Assembly: GCA_018652595.1 (NCBI GenBank)
Contig: JABIBU010000022.1
Span: 50,346-114,345, forward strand
Source of the DNA: Candidatus Magasanikiibacteriota bacterium
Lineage (GTDB): Bacteria; Patescibacteriota; Patescibacteriia; Magasanikbacterales; UBA922
Reading direction: 5' to 3'
Length of the DNA: 64,000 nucleotides
The position numbers and the translations under genes are program-made. The stretch's first letter is position 1. Each line of letters begins with the position of its first letter. The notes beneath the pieces were generated by a model. That model was not told where the DNA came from, did not search any database, and was given only the letters and a program-made list of their open reading frames with translations. Shown here piece after piece: positions 53,311 to 61,600 of the stretch.

Positions 53311-53384
53311 CATCGGAGTGTAGCTCAGTTGGCTAGAGCACTGCGTTTGGGACGCAGGGGTCGAAGGTTCAAGTCCTTTCACTC
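53311..53384 (+). tRNA. tRNA-Pro (UGG)
   Basis: cggagtg acceptor, anticodon loop tttggga, gaaggttcaagtccttt T-arm. Confidence 0.78.
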
Positions 53385-53385
53385 C

Positions 53386-53418
53386 GACGAAAAAACTTCC
53401 TTAAATAGGAAGTTTTTT
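53386..53418 (+). terminator. Rho-independent terminator after the tRNA cluster
   Basis: aacttcc-ttaaata-ggaagtt + T5. Confidence 0.75.
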
Positions 53419-53440
53419 ATTTGTTCTAAAATTTAAAATC

Positions 53441-55141
53441 CTAACTGTCATGCGCCCCCATAGTAAATCTCAACTTCATTTCGTCTTTTTGTTCTTTTTT
53501 CAGTACTTTAAATGTTCTTTTGGTCCAAGGATGGTCCTTCAAAATCTCGGCAACCCACTGACCACCAAGGAGGTGTGGCATCATTACATAATTGGCGCCT
53601 GCTTCGTACAAATCATCCAAGAAAATATTGTGATACAAGTTGGCAACAATTAGTGTTTTACTATTTTGTTTTCTGACATGCTTTATCATATTTTTTTGAT
53701 CATCCGCCTCAGGAATAGTAGATATAATCAATTTTGATTTTTCGATGGGTAAAGAATCCAAAAATTCTACATCTGCTATATCACCAAAAAAAGCTGGGAT
53801 ACCCCTATGCTTGAGACGAGAAATTGCATCTGGATTATAATCAATTACTGCAAATTTTATTTTCTTCTCAGCTAGAGCTTCGCAGACCTTCCAGCCAATC
53901 CTATGATAACCGATAACCCAGACTTTATAGGGATCAACACTTTCCTTGTCCCTGTGCTCCTCTATGCTACCAAACTTATTTAAGAGTGGTAAAATCTTAC
54001 GATATACTTGTTCGTTGTAAGTAATAACATAAGACGACGCAACAATAGTAATCAAAGCCACCATAGTCAAAATAGCCAATTCATTACCGTGTAAATAACC
54101 GGTTTCTTGAGCTTTAAAAATCAAAATAAAGCCAAACTCACTAACCTGAGCAGCTGTAACGCCGGCCAAAAAAGCACTGCGCTTGGTGTACTTAAACCGC
54201 CTCATTACAAAATAAAGGATTACTGGATCAGCCACTAAAACAAAAATTGATAAAACAATTGCAGGGACAAGGGCTGTCTGTATATCACCAAATTGTAATT
54301 CACTACCTAAAACAACAAAAAACAATACAATAAAAAAGTCTCTAAGTGGCTTGATACGACTACTAATTTCTGGCTGATAGACAGACGCACCAAGAGAAAT
54401 ACCGGCAATAATTGCACCAATCTCTATACTAAAGCCTGCCCGATAAACCAAACTAGCGATCCCAAAACACCAAGCAATCGTAAAAATAAAAAGCATCTCT
54501 CCATTCTGAGCAACCTTATCCATTATTTTTGGTAACAGAAACTTTGCCATAAGGAATACAAAAGCTACCAAAAATATTCCTTTTACCAAAACAGATAGAG
54601 CTGTCTCGTACCACACGACTCCATCAACGCCAGAGGTGTTTAAAAAAATCATTATAGAAACTGCAATAATATCCTGTACCAAAAGCAAACCAATAACATA
54701 ACGACCGTAGACTGATTCTAAATCTTTTTTGTCTGATAATAATTTGATTACAATAATGGTACTAGAAAAAGTAACGGCGATTCCTATAAAAAAAGATGTG
54801 ATCAAACCAAAGCCCAATAATTTCATTATCAAAAATCCCAAAACAGCCGTAACTGTAAATTGAATTCCACCACCAACAAATACCGCTTTGCCAACTTTTT
54901 TTATATAATCAAAATTGAGACTAAGTCCCACAATAAACAAAAGCAAGACGATTCCAAATTGAGCAAAAGTTTGAAAGAATTCTTCTCCACCGTGAACGAG
55001 ATTCAAAAATAGAGGCCCAGCAACTAACCCAGCAATAATATACGCCACTATGAGTGGTTGTCTGAGAAAACGTATCACAAAAGCAATACTAACAGTAATG
55101 CCCAATATAATACTAATTTGTAGAAAAATATTTTCTACCAT
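53441..55141 (-). CDS. Monovalent cation:proton antiporter (CPA2, KefB-like) with a C-terminal RCK/TrkA-N domain
   Basis: 12-13 TM Na+/H+-exchanger core plus VWVIGYHRIGWKVCEAL Rossmann RCK domain. Confidence 0.8.
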   Translation of the reverse strand: MVENIFLQISIILGITVSIAFVIRFLRQPLIVAYIIAGLVAGPLFLNLVHGGEEFFQTFAQFGIVLLLFIVGLSLNFDYIKKVGKAVFVGGGIQFTVTAVLGFLIMKLLGFGLITSFFIGIAVTFSSTIIVIKLLSDKKDLESVYGRYVIGLLLVQDIIAVSIMIFLNTSGVDGVVWYETALSVLVKGIFLVAFVFLMAKFLLPKIMDKVAQNGEMLFIFTIAWCFGIASLVYRAGFSIEIGAIIAGISLGASVYQPEISSRIKPLRDFFIVLFFVVLGSELQFGDIQTALVPAIVLSIFVLVADPVILYFVMRRFKYTKRSAFLAGVTAAQVSEFGFILIFKAQETGYLHGNELAILTMVALITIVASSYVITYNEQVYRKILPLLNKFGSIEEHRDKESVDPYKVWVIGYHRIGWKVCEALAEKKIKFAVIDYNPDAISRLKHRGIPAFFGDIADVEFLDSLPIEKSKLIISTIPEADDQKNMIKHVRKQNSKTLIVANLYHNIFLDDLYEAGANYVMMPHLLGGQWVAEILKDHPWTKRTFKVLKKEQKDEMKLRFTMGAHDS

Positions 55142-55259
55142 AATCTTATTTTAACACTTATATATTTTTATACCTGAATTATAGCACAAAATTAGTGTTT
55201 TGTCTTTTTTGAAAAATAAAAAAACAGCTGTTAGCTGCTAATAATTATATAAGTCATCT

Positions 55260-55288
55260 CCAACCGGCGCACTATGTGCGCCGGTTGG
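55260..55288. repeat. Perfect GC-rich palindrome CCAACCGGCGCAC-TAT-GTGCGCCGGTTGG
   Basis: 13-bp arms, 3-nt loop; about 70% GC in a 33% GC genome. Confidence 0.85.
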
Positions 55289-55450
55289 AGCCTCCGCAAG
55301 CCCGTGGTTCCTCAATCCACGAACTCTTCCTCGTCGCTCTTGGTGAGGTGCGCCGGGATTCCTCCTTGCGCCGCCACACAACAATTGACGGGGTGCTCAC
55401 GCGCCCTTCGATCATCATCACTCTCTCGAGTGTCGACACCTTGATTACCG

Positions 55451-55774
55451 TTATCCTGAGTCATCTACTTCCTCCATTTCTGTTTCGACCACCCAGACCT
55501 CCTGGGTTGCCGTTGATTCCTTTTCATTACGAACCATGCGTCGCCCGAGCCCCCAACAAAAAATCGGAATCCAACTCTCGGCGAACTCCTGCGGGCAACG
55601 CGCTGAAAAGGTCCAAGCATGATCGCCCGGAACTTTCACTTCGACCCAGTCAACAGTGCCATCATCCTTCACCGCACCACGGCGAAATAGATTGACACGA
55701 CCATTCTGGGTACTACGCACTACCCTACGAACCCCCATGGCTCGATGAGCAATAAAAAACTGGATACGATCCAT
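55451..55774 (-). CDS. Orphan small protein in higher-GC islet F (107 aa), followed by an overlapping ~50-aa acidic ORF (about 55311-55464, minus strand)
   Basis: AAGGGGGG SD; TTGACG-N17-TATATA promoter; downstream ORF MTQDNGNQGVDTRESDDDRRAREHPVNCCVAAQGGIPAHLTKSDEEEFVD starts 13 nt before the upstream stop. Confidence 0.45.
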   Translation of the reverse strand: MDRIQFFIAHRAMGVRRVVRSTQNGRVNLFRRGAVKDDGTVDWVEVKVPGDHAWTFSARCPQEFAESWIPIFCWGLGRRMVRNEKESTATQEVWVVETEMEEVDDSG

Positions 55775-55841
55775 ATACCCCCCTTAAAAACGTAAAAAAA
55801 GAAAAGCTCTTATTTATATATACCATAATAAAGCAAAGCCG

Positions 55842-58800
55842 TCAACCCTTTCTACGTTTCACCACCGCCACAGCCACACCAGTCATGCGCCTAGCAAAAC
55901 CTACCACCCCAGCTCCGCGTGCTTTGGCAAAAAGACCTACTAGAATAGAAGTAAGCCCGCCAGCTGTAGCCGTAAGATACTTTTCAACTGTTTCTTTTTT
56001 CTCTTCTCCTTCCTCATTTTCAATTTTTGTTACAAAGCTTTCTGCTACGCCTGTTTTTTTGATATCCTCTTGCGAGCGTGGTAATATTTGATAACCTGTT
56101 TTTGTTTGTGCTAGCAGACCAGAAACTTTGACCAAATCACCCGCCTGTAAAATCTTTTTGTTTATACCTGCTCCCCGTTTGAAATATACTTTTATCTCTT
56201 CAGTTCCATCATCTACATACATATATGAACTTTTTAGCTCTGTTATTTCGCCGCTGACCTGGACCAGCCAACCTTCGTATGGTTCTTGTAGATCAGCTAT
56301 CTCAACTGATTTTGGAACTGGACTAGCCTGATGATCAATTACTTTTATATCACCACGATCAACCAGCTTAATTCTAGTCTCACCATAAGCCTCGGAAATT
56401 TCTCCTGTCACTTCTACCCTATCACCGACCTTCAAGTCTGGGAAATCTTTTTTGTACATGTAAACCTGAACACCAGGACTACCTACTATATAAAAATATT
56501 GTGAACCCAAAACCCCTGGCTCAACCGCCACGATACCTACAACTTTTACCTTGTCCCCAATATCCTCGTCGCGTAATTTTTCCAAAGTTGTATTTATAAT
56601 TGGCTTTATCATTTTTGATTTTGCCCGACTGACTGTTTTTGTTTTTGCAAGAAGCGCCACACTACTAATTATATTTTCTTTTCCAGCCGTAACGGCAGAT
56701 GTCCAAAGCCATTTCTCATTTTCATCAGCAATATAACTAGCACCCTCTAGCACATCATCGTATCTTACTTCTTGTAAGATTGTACCATCGGGATAAAGCA
56801 AACGCACCGAATCACTAGTGTTGTTCAAAGCTAATTTACTGTCTTGCCGACCTACGATAAAATATTCTCCAGGTTGAATAATAGTTCCATTGGGAAAAGT
56901 GTAAGCTCGCGATCCTCCTTCTTCGTCGTCTATCTTTATTCCGGATAGATCTATCTCTTCATCCCCAGAATTATACAATTCAATAAATTCTGTAGTGTCC
57001 GAACCTTCTGGATTGGGAATAAACTCAGATATTTTTATTTTTGAAATATTTCCAGATTCAAAATAACCACCCACAAAATCCAGAACATTTTTAACTGTAA
57101 TAATTACCTGCTTTTCTGAAACATTACCCGAACCATCAGTGGCTTTGAGTTTTACACCATAAACCCCCTCATTATTAAAAATATGCTCCACAACAATACC
57201 CTCATCATTAGTCCCGTCTCCAAAATCCCACTCAAAACTCATTTCTTCTGCTTCTGGGTCAGTCGTATCTGACGCATCAAAAATTACCGATTCACCTTGG
57301 GCAACTTCCGTATCCACATCTATAGAAATTATTGGCGCGGCACTTACTCCCTCTATTATATTTGCCTTGCCAGAGGTGGTCTTAATTGTCCAGGCCCAAG
57401 TACCATCATCTTTGCGTGCATAAGTCTCAGACTCCCCTGCTCTGCCGGCATATTTTACTGAATCAACCAGGCTACTGTTAGTTGAATAAAGTTTTACTTC
57501 ATCACCACCAGTATTATTTAATGCAATTCCAGTCATGGAGCGCTTGAAAACTATAAAATCTCCCGACTTAATACTACCTTGGGTTATTTTATATTTTTTA
57601 GAAGTAGAATCACTCAAAAACCAATTTTTTAAATTAATAGTTTCGCTACCTTCATTTTTTAATTCTATAAACTCATCCTCATTGTCAGATCCGACCGGAT
57701 TTGGCATGATTTCATTTATTTTTATTTGAGCTGATGTAAGAAGTTGCTCGACGACTTCACCACCCTCGGTTACCACAGAGACAATATTACTACTACCCGG
57801 CGTAATAGTAGAAGTTAAGACAAAATCATAGTAATCATTATTACCATCCTGTCCATCAATTTTTCTAATCAGACTTAGTGGATCATCTGGTGCGGGTGCG
57901 TTGTCTGATATGTTTCCATCATCCCATGTACCATAGGTTACTTGGTCGATCTTCGTGCCATCTGGAGCAAATAAAACAATACTATCTCCACTATTATTTA
58001 AATTACCCTTAGGGCTTTCTATTGTTTTAAAACTTCGCACAGAAATATTACCATTCAGATTTGTTTTGCTCTCACCACCATCTTCGATCCACCAGCCAGC
58101 CAAATCTACTGAACTAGCAGTACGATTATATAGCTCGACAAACTCAACAGCCCCATCTGTTGGGTCGCTGACGATTTCATTTATAACAACCTCGGATCGA
58201 CTATAGGTCACCGTAGGAGCAGGCTCTACTGTTCCACCTCCACCCCCTCCAGAACTTGGCACGGAGACTACTGGTGCAGCTATTTGATTACTTGCACCTT
58301 TTGTAACTGTAGTAGTTTCAGCAAAATCATTTTTATTATTTCCAGTGTTTTGTCCATTTATAATTCTAGCTATTGAATTTGGATCACTTACTGCTAATGC
58401 ATTGTCTGATGTGTCACCATCATCCCAATCTCCGTAACTAACAGAATCAACAATTTCATCTAAATCATTTTTTAAAATAATTATATCACCACTATTATTT
58501 AACTTGCTTGAACTTAGTTCTATTACAAAAAACCCACCGGCTTCTATTGTGCTAGTAGGCGAAGCAATACTGCCCATACCGTCGTATAATTTCCAACCTG
58601 TCAAATCAATACTTGAGGTGGTTGGATTATAAATTTCAATCCATTCATTCTCTCCTGACACGGGATCAGACACAAACTCATTAATAATTAAACCCGAAGT
58701 TGTAGTAGCTACAGCTTCGGGCTCTTCTTCTTTCTCAGATTCAACTAGCACACCCAAACTAGTAGAGGCAAAAGCTCCGTCATCATCTTCTATATTTAAA

Positions 58801-59561
58801 ATTAAATTAAAAGTCCCAGTCGTTGTAAAAATATAATTTAAAATACCACTACCACCAACTGAGACACCATCCAATAACCACTCGTAACTTGAAATAATTC
58901 CGTCTAGATCAGACGAATCACTCGCATCAAACATTGCTTCCTGATCTATATACGCTGTTGAACTACCAGCAATTACAGCCGTCGGAATCTGATTCTCTTC
59001 CGTGTCTTCCGTGTTCCAATAGTTTGGCTGTCCAGCAGTATGTGAGCTGACATGCTCTTGCCAATTATTTTCATCTGTAATTAATTCTGCTGAATCTTTT
59101 CTCTCCAAAGAAAAATTAGAAATTGCCTGATAAGTAAATTGTTCTGTTAGATCGCCCGCAGAATTTTTCAGAGCAATCTCTTCTCCGCTTTTATTTAGAG
59201 TGCCCCAAGAAGAATCAAAAACCGTACTAGTAACATCTGGATTATCCTCAAAAAAATAAAGATCGTTTTGTACGATCAATGCATATTCCCCAGATTGTAT
59301 TATAAAATCTTGTTCTGTACTAGATGACGCCAGACTCAAACTATGATTTGTCTCATCTTCATAAAATTTCCAACCTGTTACATCTGTGGCCACTGTTCCC
59401 TTATTGTAAATCTCAATCCACTGGTGACCACTGCTGGCACACCCTGTTGAGCATATTTCATTTATTACAATATCTGAATTTTCTGAACGAACTGAATTAA
59501 AAAATAAAAAAATCGCCATTACAAAAACGACGAATAAGATCGTAGGCTTAAAATTTTTCAT
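55842..59561 (-). CDS. Giant secreted surface protein with five lamin-tail domains, PKD-like domains, an OB-fold segment and a C-terminal TM/basic anchor
   Basis: Signal peptide; five repeats of the (V/I)INE(I/F)...EW/F(I/V)E(L/I)YN LTD signature; FDASD(S/T)(S/T)D PKD-like motifs; C-terminal LTSILVGLFAKARGAGVVGFARRMTGVAVAVVKRRKG. Confidence 0.75.
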   Translation of the reverse strand: MKNFKPTILFVVFVMAIFLFFNSVRSENSDIVINEICSTGCASSGHQWIEIYNKGTVATDVTGWKFYEDETNHSLSLASSSTEQDFIIQSGEYALIVQNDLYFFEDNPDVTSTVFDSSWGTLNKSGEEIALKNSAGDLTEQFTYQAISNFSLERKDSAELITDENNWQEHVSSHTAGQPNYWNTEDTEENQIPTAVIAGSSTAYIDQEAMFDASDSSDLDGIISSYEWLLDGVSVGGSGILNYIFTTTGTFNLILNIEDDDGAFASTSLGVLVESEKEEEPEAVATTTSGLIINEFVSDPVSGENEWIEIYNPTTSSIDLTGWKLYDGMGSIASPTSTIEAGGFFVIELSSSKLNNSGDIIILKNDLDEIVDSVSYGDWDDGDTSDNALAVSDPNSIARIINGQNTGNNKNDFAETTTVTKGASNQIAAPVVSVPSSGGGGGGTVEPAPTVTYSRSEVVINEIVSDPTDGAVEFVELYNRTASSVDLAGWWIEDGGESKTNLNGNISVRSFKTIESPKGNLNNSGDSIVLFAPDGTKIDQVTYGTWDDGNISDNAPAPDDPLSLIRKIDGQDGNNDYYDFVLTSTITPGSSNIVSVVTEGGEVVEQLLTSAQIKINEIMPNPVGSDNEDEFIELKNEGSETINLKNWFLSDSTSKKYKITQGSIKSGDFIVFKRSMTGIALNNTGGDEVKLYSTNSSLVDSVKYAGRAGESETYARKDDGTWAWTIKTTSGKANIIEGVSAAPIISIDVDTEVAQGESVIFDASDTTDPEAEEMSFEWDFGDGTNDEGIVVEHIFNNEGVYGVKLKATDGSGNVSEKQVIITVKNVLDFVGGYFESGNISKIKISEFIPNPEGSDTTEFIELYNSGDEEIDLSGIKIDDEEGGSRAYTFPNGTIIQPGEYFIVGRQDSKLALNNTSDSVRLLYPDGTILQEVRYDDVLEGASYIADENEKWLWTSAVTAGKENIISSVALLAKTKTVSRAKSKMIKPIINTTLEKLRDEDIGDKVKVVGIVAVEPGVLGSQYFYIVGSPGVQVYMYKKDFPDLKVGDRVEVTGEISEAYGETRIKLVDRGDIKVIDHQASPVPKSVEIADLQEPYEGWLVQVSGEITELKSSYMYVDDGTEEIKVYFKRGAGINKKILQAGDLVKVSGLLAQTKTGYQILPRSQEDIKKTGVAESFVTKIENEEGEEKKETVEKYLTATAGGLTSILVGLFAKARGAGVVGFARRMTGVAVAVVKRRKG

Positions 59562-59641
59562 ATCCCCCTAGTTAAGATTTAAAAAATATATCTTTTTCCC
59601 AATTAATGGGATTATTTTTTATATTCTTATCATTATACCAC

Positions 59642-59676
59642 TTAAAAAACAAAAAACCCACCTCTCGGTGGGTTTT
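59642..59676 (-). terminator. Rho-independent terminator after recA
   Basis: aacccacc-tctc-ggtgggtt, T-run on the minus strand. Confidence 0.7.
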
Positions 59677-59698
59677 GATATCTAAAAAATCTATGACT

Positions 59699-60760
59699 CT
59701 ATTTCTCTACACTCTCCTTCTCACCTGGTTTTCCTTCTTCCTCATCTGGTGCGTCACCCTGCTTTACTGCCTCCCAAATTTTGGCTTTAATTTCTTTCAT
59801 CAATTTTGTATTCTCTCTCAAATACATTTTTGCTTTTTCGCGACCGACCCCAAACTTTTCTTCGCCATAAGAATAGCTGTTGCCAGACTTATTAATAATC
59901 TTGTGTTCAATGCCGGCATCCAGCAAATCACCCGACAGAGAAATTCCTTCGTTGTACATAATATCAAACTCGGTAGTTTTAAACGGAGCAGCTACTTTAT
60001 TTTTCACCACCTTAGCTTTTACACGATTACCAATAATTTTATCGCCTTGTTTAATCTGAGCACGACGACGAACTTCAATCCTTACCGAACAATAAAACTT
60101 TAGAGCATTACCACCGGAAGTGGTCTCTGGACTACCAAAGAATACTCCAATCTTGTGCCTGATTTGATTTATAAAAATAACAATTGTATTTGATTTACTA
60201 ACAACACCTGTCAACTTGCGCAAAGCCTGAGACATTAGCCTAGCTTGCAATCCCATATGTGAATCACCCATGTCACCATCAATTTCCTTTTGTGGGACAA
60301 GAGCAGCTACTGAATCTACTACCACCACATCCACAGCATTGGAACGAACAAGGGTCTCCAAAATCTCCAGAGCTTGTTCACCGGTATCTGGCTGAGAAAT
60401 AAGCAAATTATCCACATCCACGCCTATTTTCTTAGCATAGTCGGGATCTAGTGCATGCTCGGCATCAATAAATGCTGCGATACCACCCTCTTTTTGGACC
60501 TCTGATATAATGTGCTGGGCTAATGTAGTCTTACCACTAGCTTCTGGACCAAAAATCTCAATAATACGCCCCCTAGGCACACCACCAACCCCTAGTGCGA
60601 TGTCCAGTGTTATTGAGCCAGTAGAAACAGCAGGGACTTGCATGGCCCTGGCCTCTCCAAATTTCATAATGGCGTTTTCACCATATTTTTGTCTAATTTG
60701 ATCAATTGCAGTCTGTGCCACTTCCAATTTTATCTTGCTTTCTTCTTTATTTTTGGCCAT
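59699..60760 (-). CDS. recA: Recombinase RecA
   Basis: Walker [13 protein letters not shown]1/L2 loops, 353 aa. Confidence 0.95.
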   Translation of the reverse strand: MAKNKEESKIKLEVAQTAIDQIRQKYGENAIMKFGEARAMQVPAVSTGSITLDIALGVGGVPRGRIIEIFGPEASGKTTLAQHIISEVQKEGGIAAFIDAEHALDPDYAKKIGVDVDNLLISQPDTGEQALEILETLVRSNAVDVVVVDSVAALVPQKEIDGDMGDSHMGLQARLMSQALRKLTGVVSKSNTIVIFINQIRHKIGVFFGSPETTSGGNALKFYCSVRIEVRRRAQIKQGDKIIGNRVKAKVVKNKVAAPFKTTEFDIMYNEGISLSGDLLDAGIEHKIINKSGNSYSYGEEKFGVGREKAKMYLRENTKLMKEIKAKIWEAVKQGDAPDEEEGKPGEKESVEK

Positions 60761-60849
60761 ATCTTTAAATGATTATATTTATTACTAAGTCGTCTTTTAG
60801 ACTTTTTTATTTATTTGCCCCACTAACTTTCCTATTCATTGTTATATAG

Positions 60850-60886
60850 TTTAATATAAAAAGTGAGGGTATACACTCCTCACTTC
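60850..60886 (-). terminator. Rho-independent terminator after the RodZ-like gene
   Basis: aagtgagg-gtatacact-cctcactt. Confidence 0.65.
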
Positions 60887-60921
60887 ATAGAATACATTGT
60901 TTTAAAAGGGGTGTCAAATGC

Positions 60922-61596
60922 CTAATTATCCTCAATTTTGAGCGTAACGTGACGCACCTCCCTGGTAGTTTTACCGTGTTTTTTTCTAGCCTCGATTGTC
61001 AGAGTGTTCACCCCAGGAGACAAATCTATAACTTCTTCAAAATTACCCTCTTCGTCAGTGCCAATGTCCTTTCCGTTGAGTGATACACTGACCTCTTTGT
61101 CTGTCTCACCATTCAACACCATAGACATTTCATTTGTTATGAAACCTTGTGGAGGTGAGTAGACTTCCAATCTTGGTGGTTCTACTATATTTTTTACTTG
61201 CATGCCTAGATAAAAAAACAAAGAAAGTAAAAATATAATCACAAAACCATAACGTAAAAATGCAGGCAGGTCATGCAAATAATTTCTTTTCACTTCTTTG
61301 TTTGGGTGAACCATTTTCTTTTTTTTGTCTGACTCTTCAGACAAGTATTGCTGTAAGTAAGGACCTGGATCAATAGACAAGGCCTCTAAATAGCTTTTTA
61401 CAAAATTTTTTTGATAGATTTCTGCTTTTGGCAAATCCTGAAACCGGCATTCCTCCAGAGCTTGCAAAAAATCCTTACTTATCTTGGTTTTTTTTGATAA
61501 CCTCTCCAAACTAAAACCACAACTCTCTCTCGCCTCTTTCAAACGAAGACAAACTCTCTTTGGTGGGTTTAGTTTTTTTTTCTTGAAAACTGACAT
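60922..61596 (-). CDS. HTH (XRE-type) membrane protein, RodZ-like
   Basis: N-terminal HTH (LRLKEARESCGFSLERLSKKTKIS), one TM, extracytoplasmic beta-rich C-terminus. Confidence 0.6.
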   Translation of the reverse strand: MSVFKKKKLNPPKRVCLRLKEARESCGFSLERLSKKTKISKDFLQALEECRFQDLPKAEIYQKNFVKSYLEALSIDPGPYLQQYLSEESDKKKKMVHPNKEVKRNYLHDLPAFLRYGFVIIFLLSLFFYLGMQVKNIVEPPRLEVYSPPQGFITNEMSMVLNGETDKEVSVSLNGKDIGTDEEGNFEEVIDLSPGVNTLTIEARKKHGKTTREVRHVTLKIEDN

Positions 61597-61600
61597 AAAT

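Noticed and set aside
55276-55695. 139-aa plus-strand ORF across islet F
   Set aside because: R/S/P-rich junk-like translation; the minus-strand ORFs have SDs and promoters
59606-60103. 165-aa plus-strand ORF
   Set aside because: Lies antisense within recA; hydrophobic low-complexity shadow ORF
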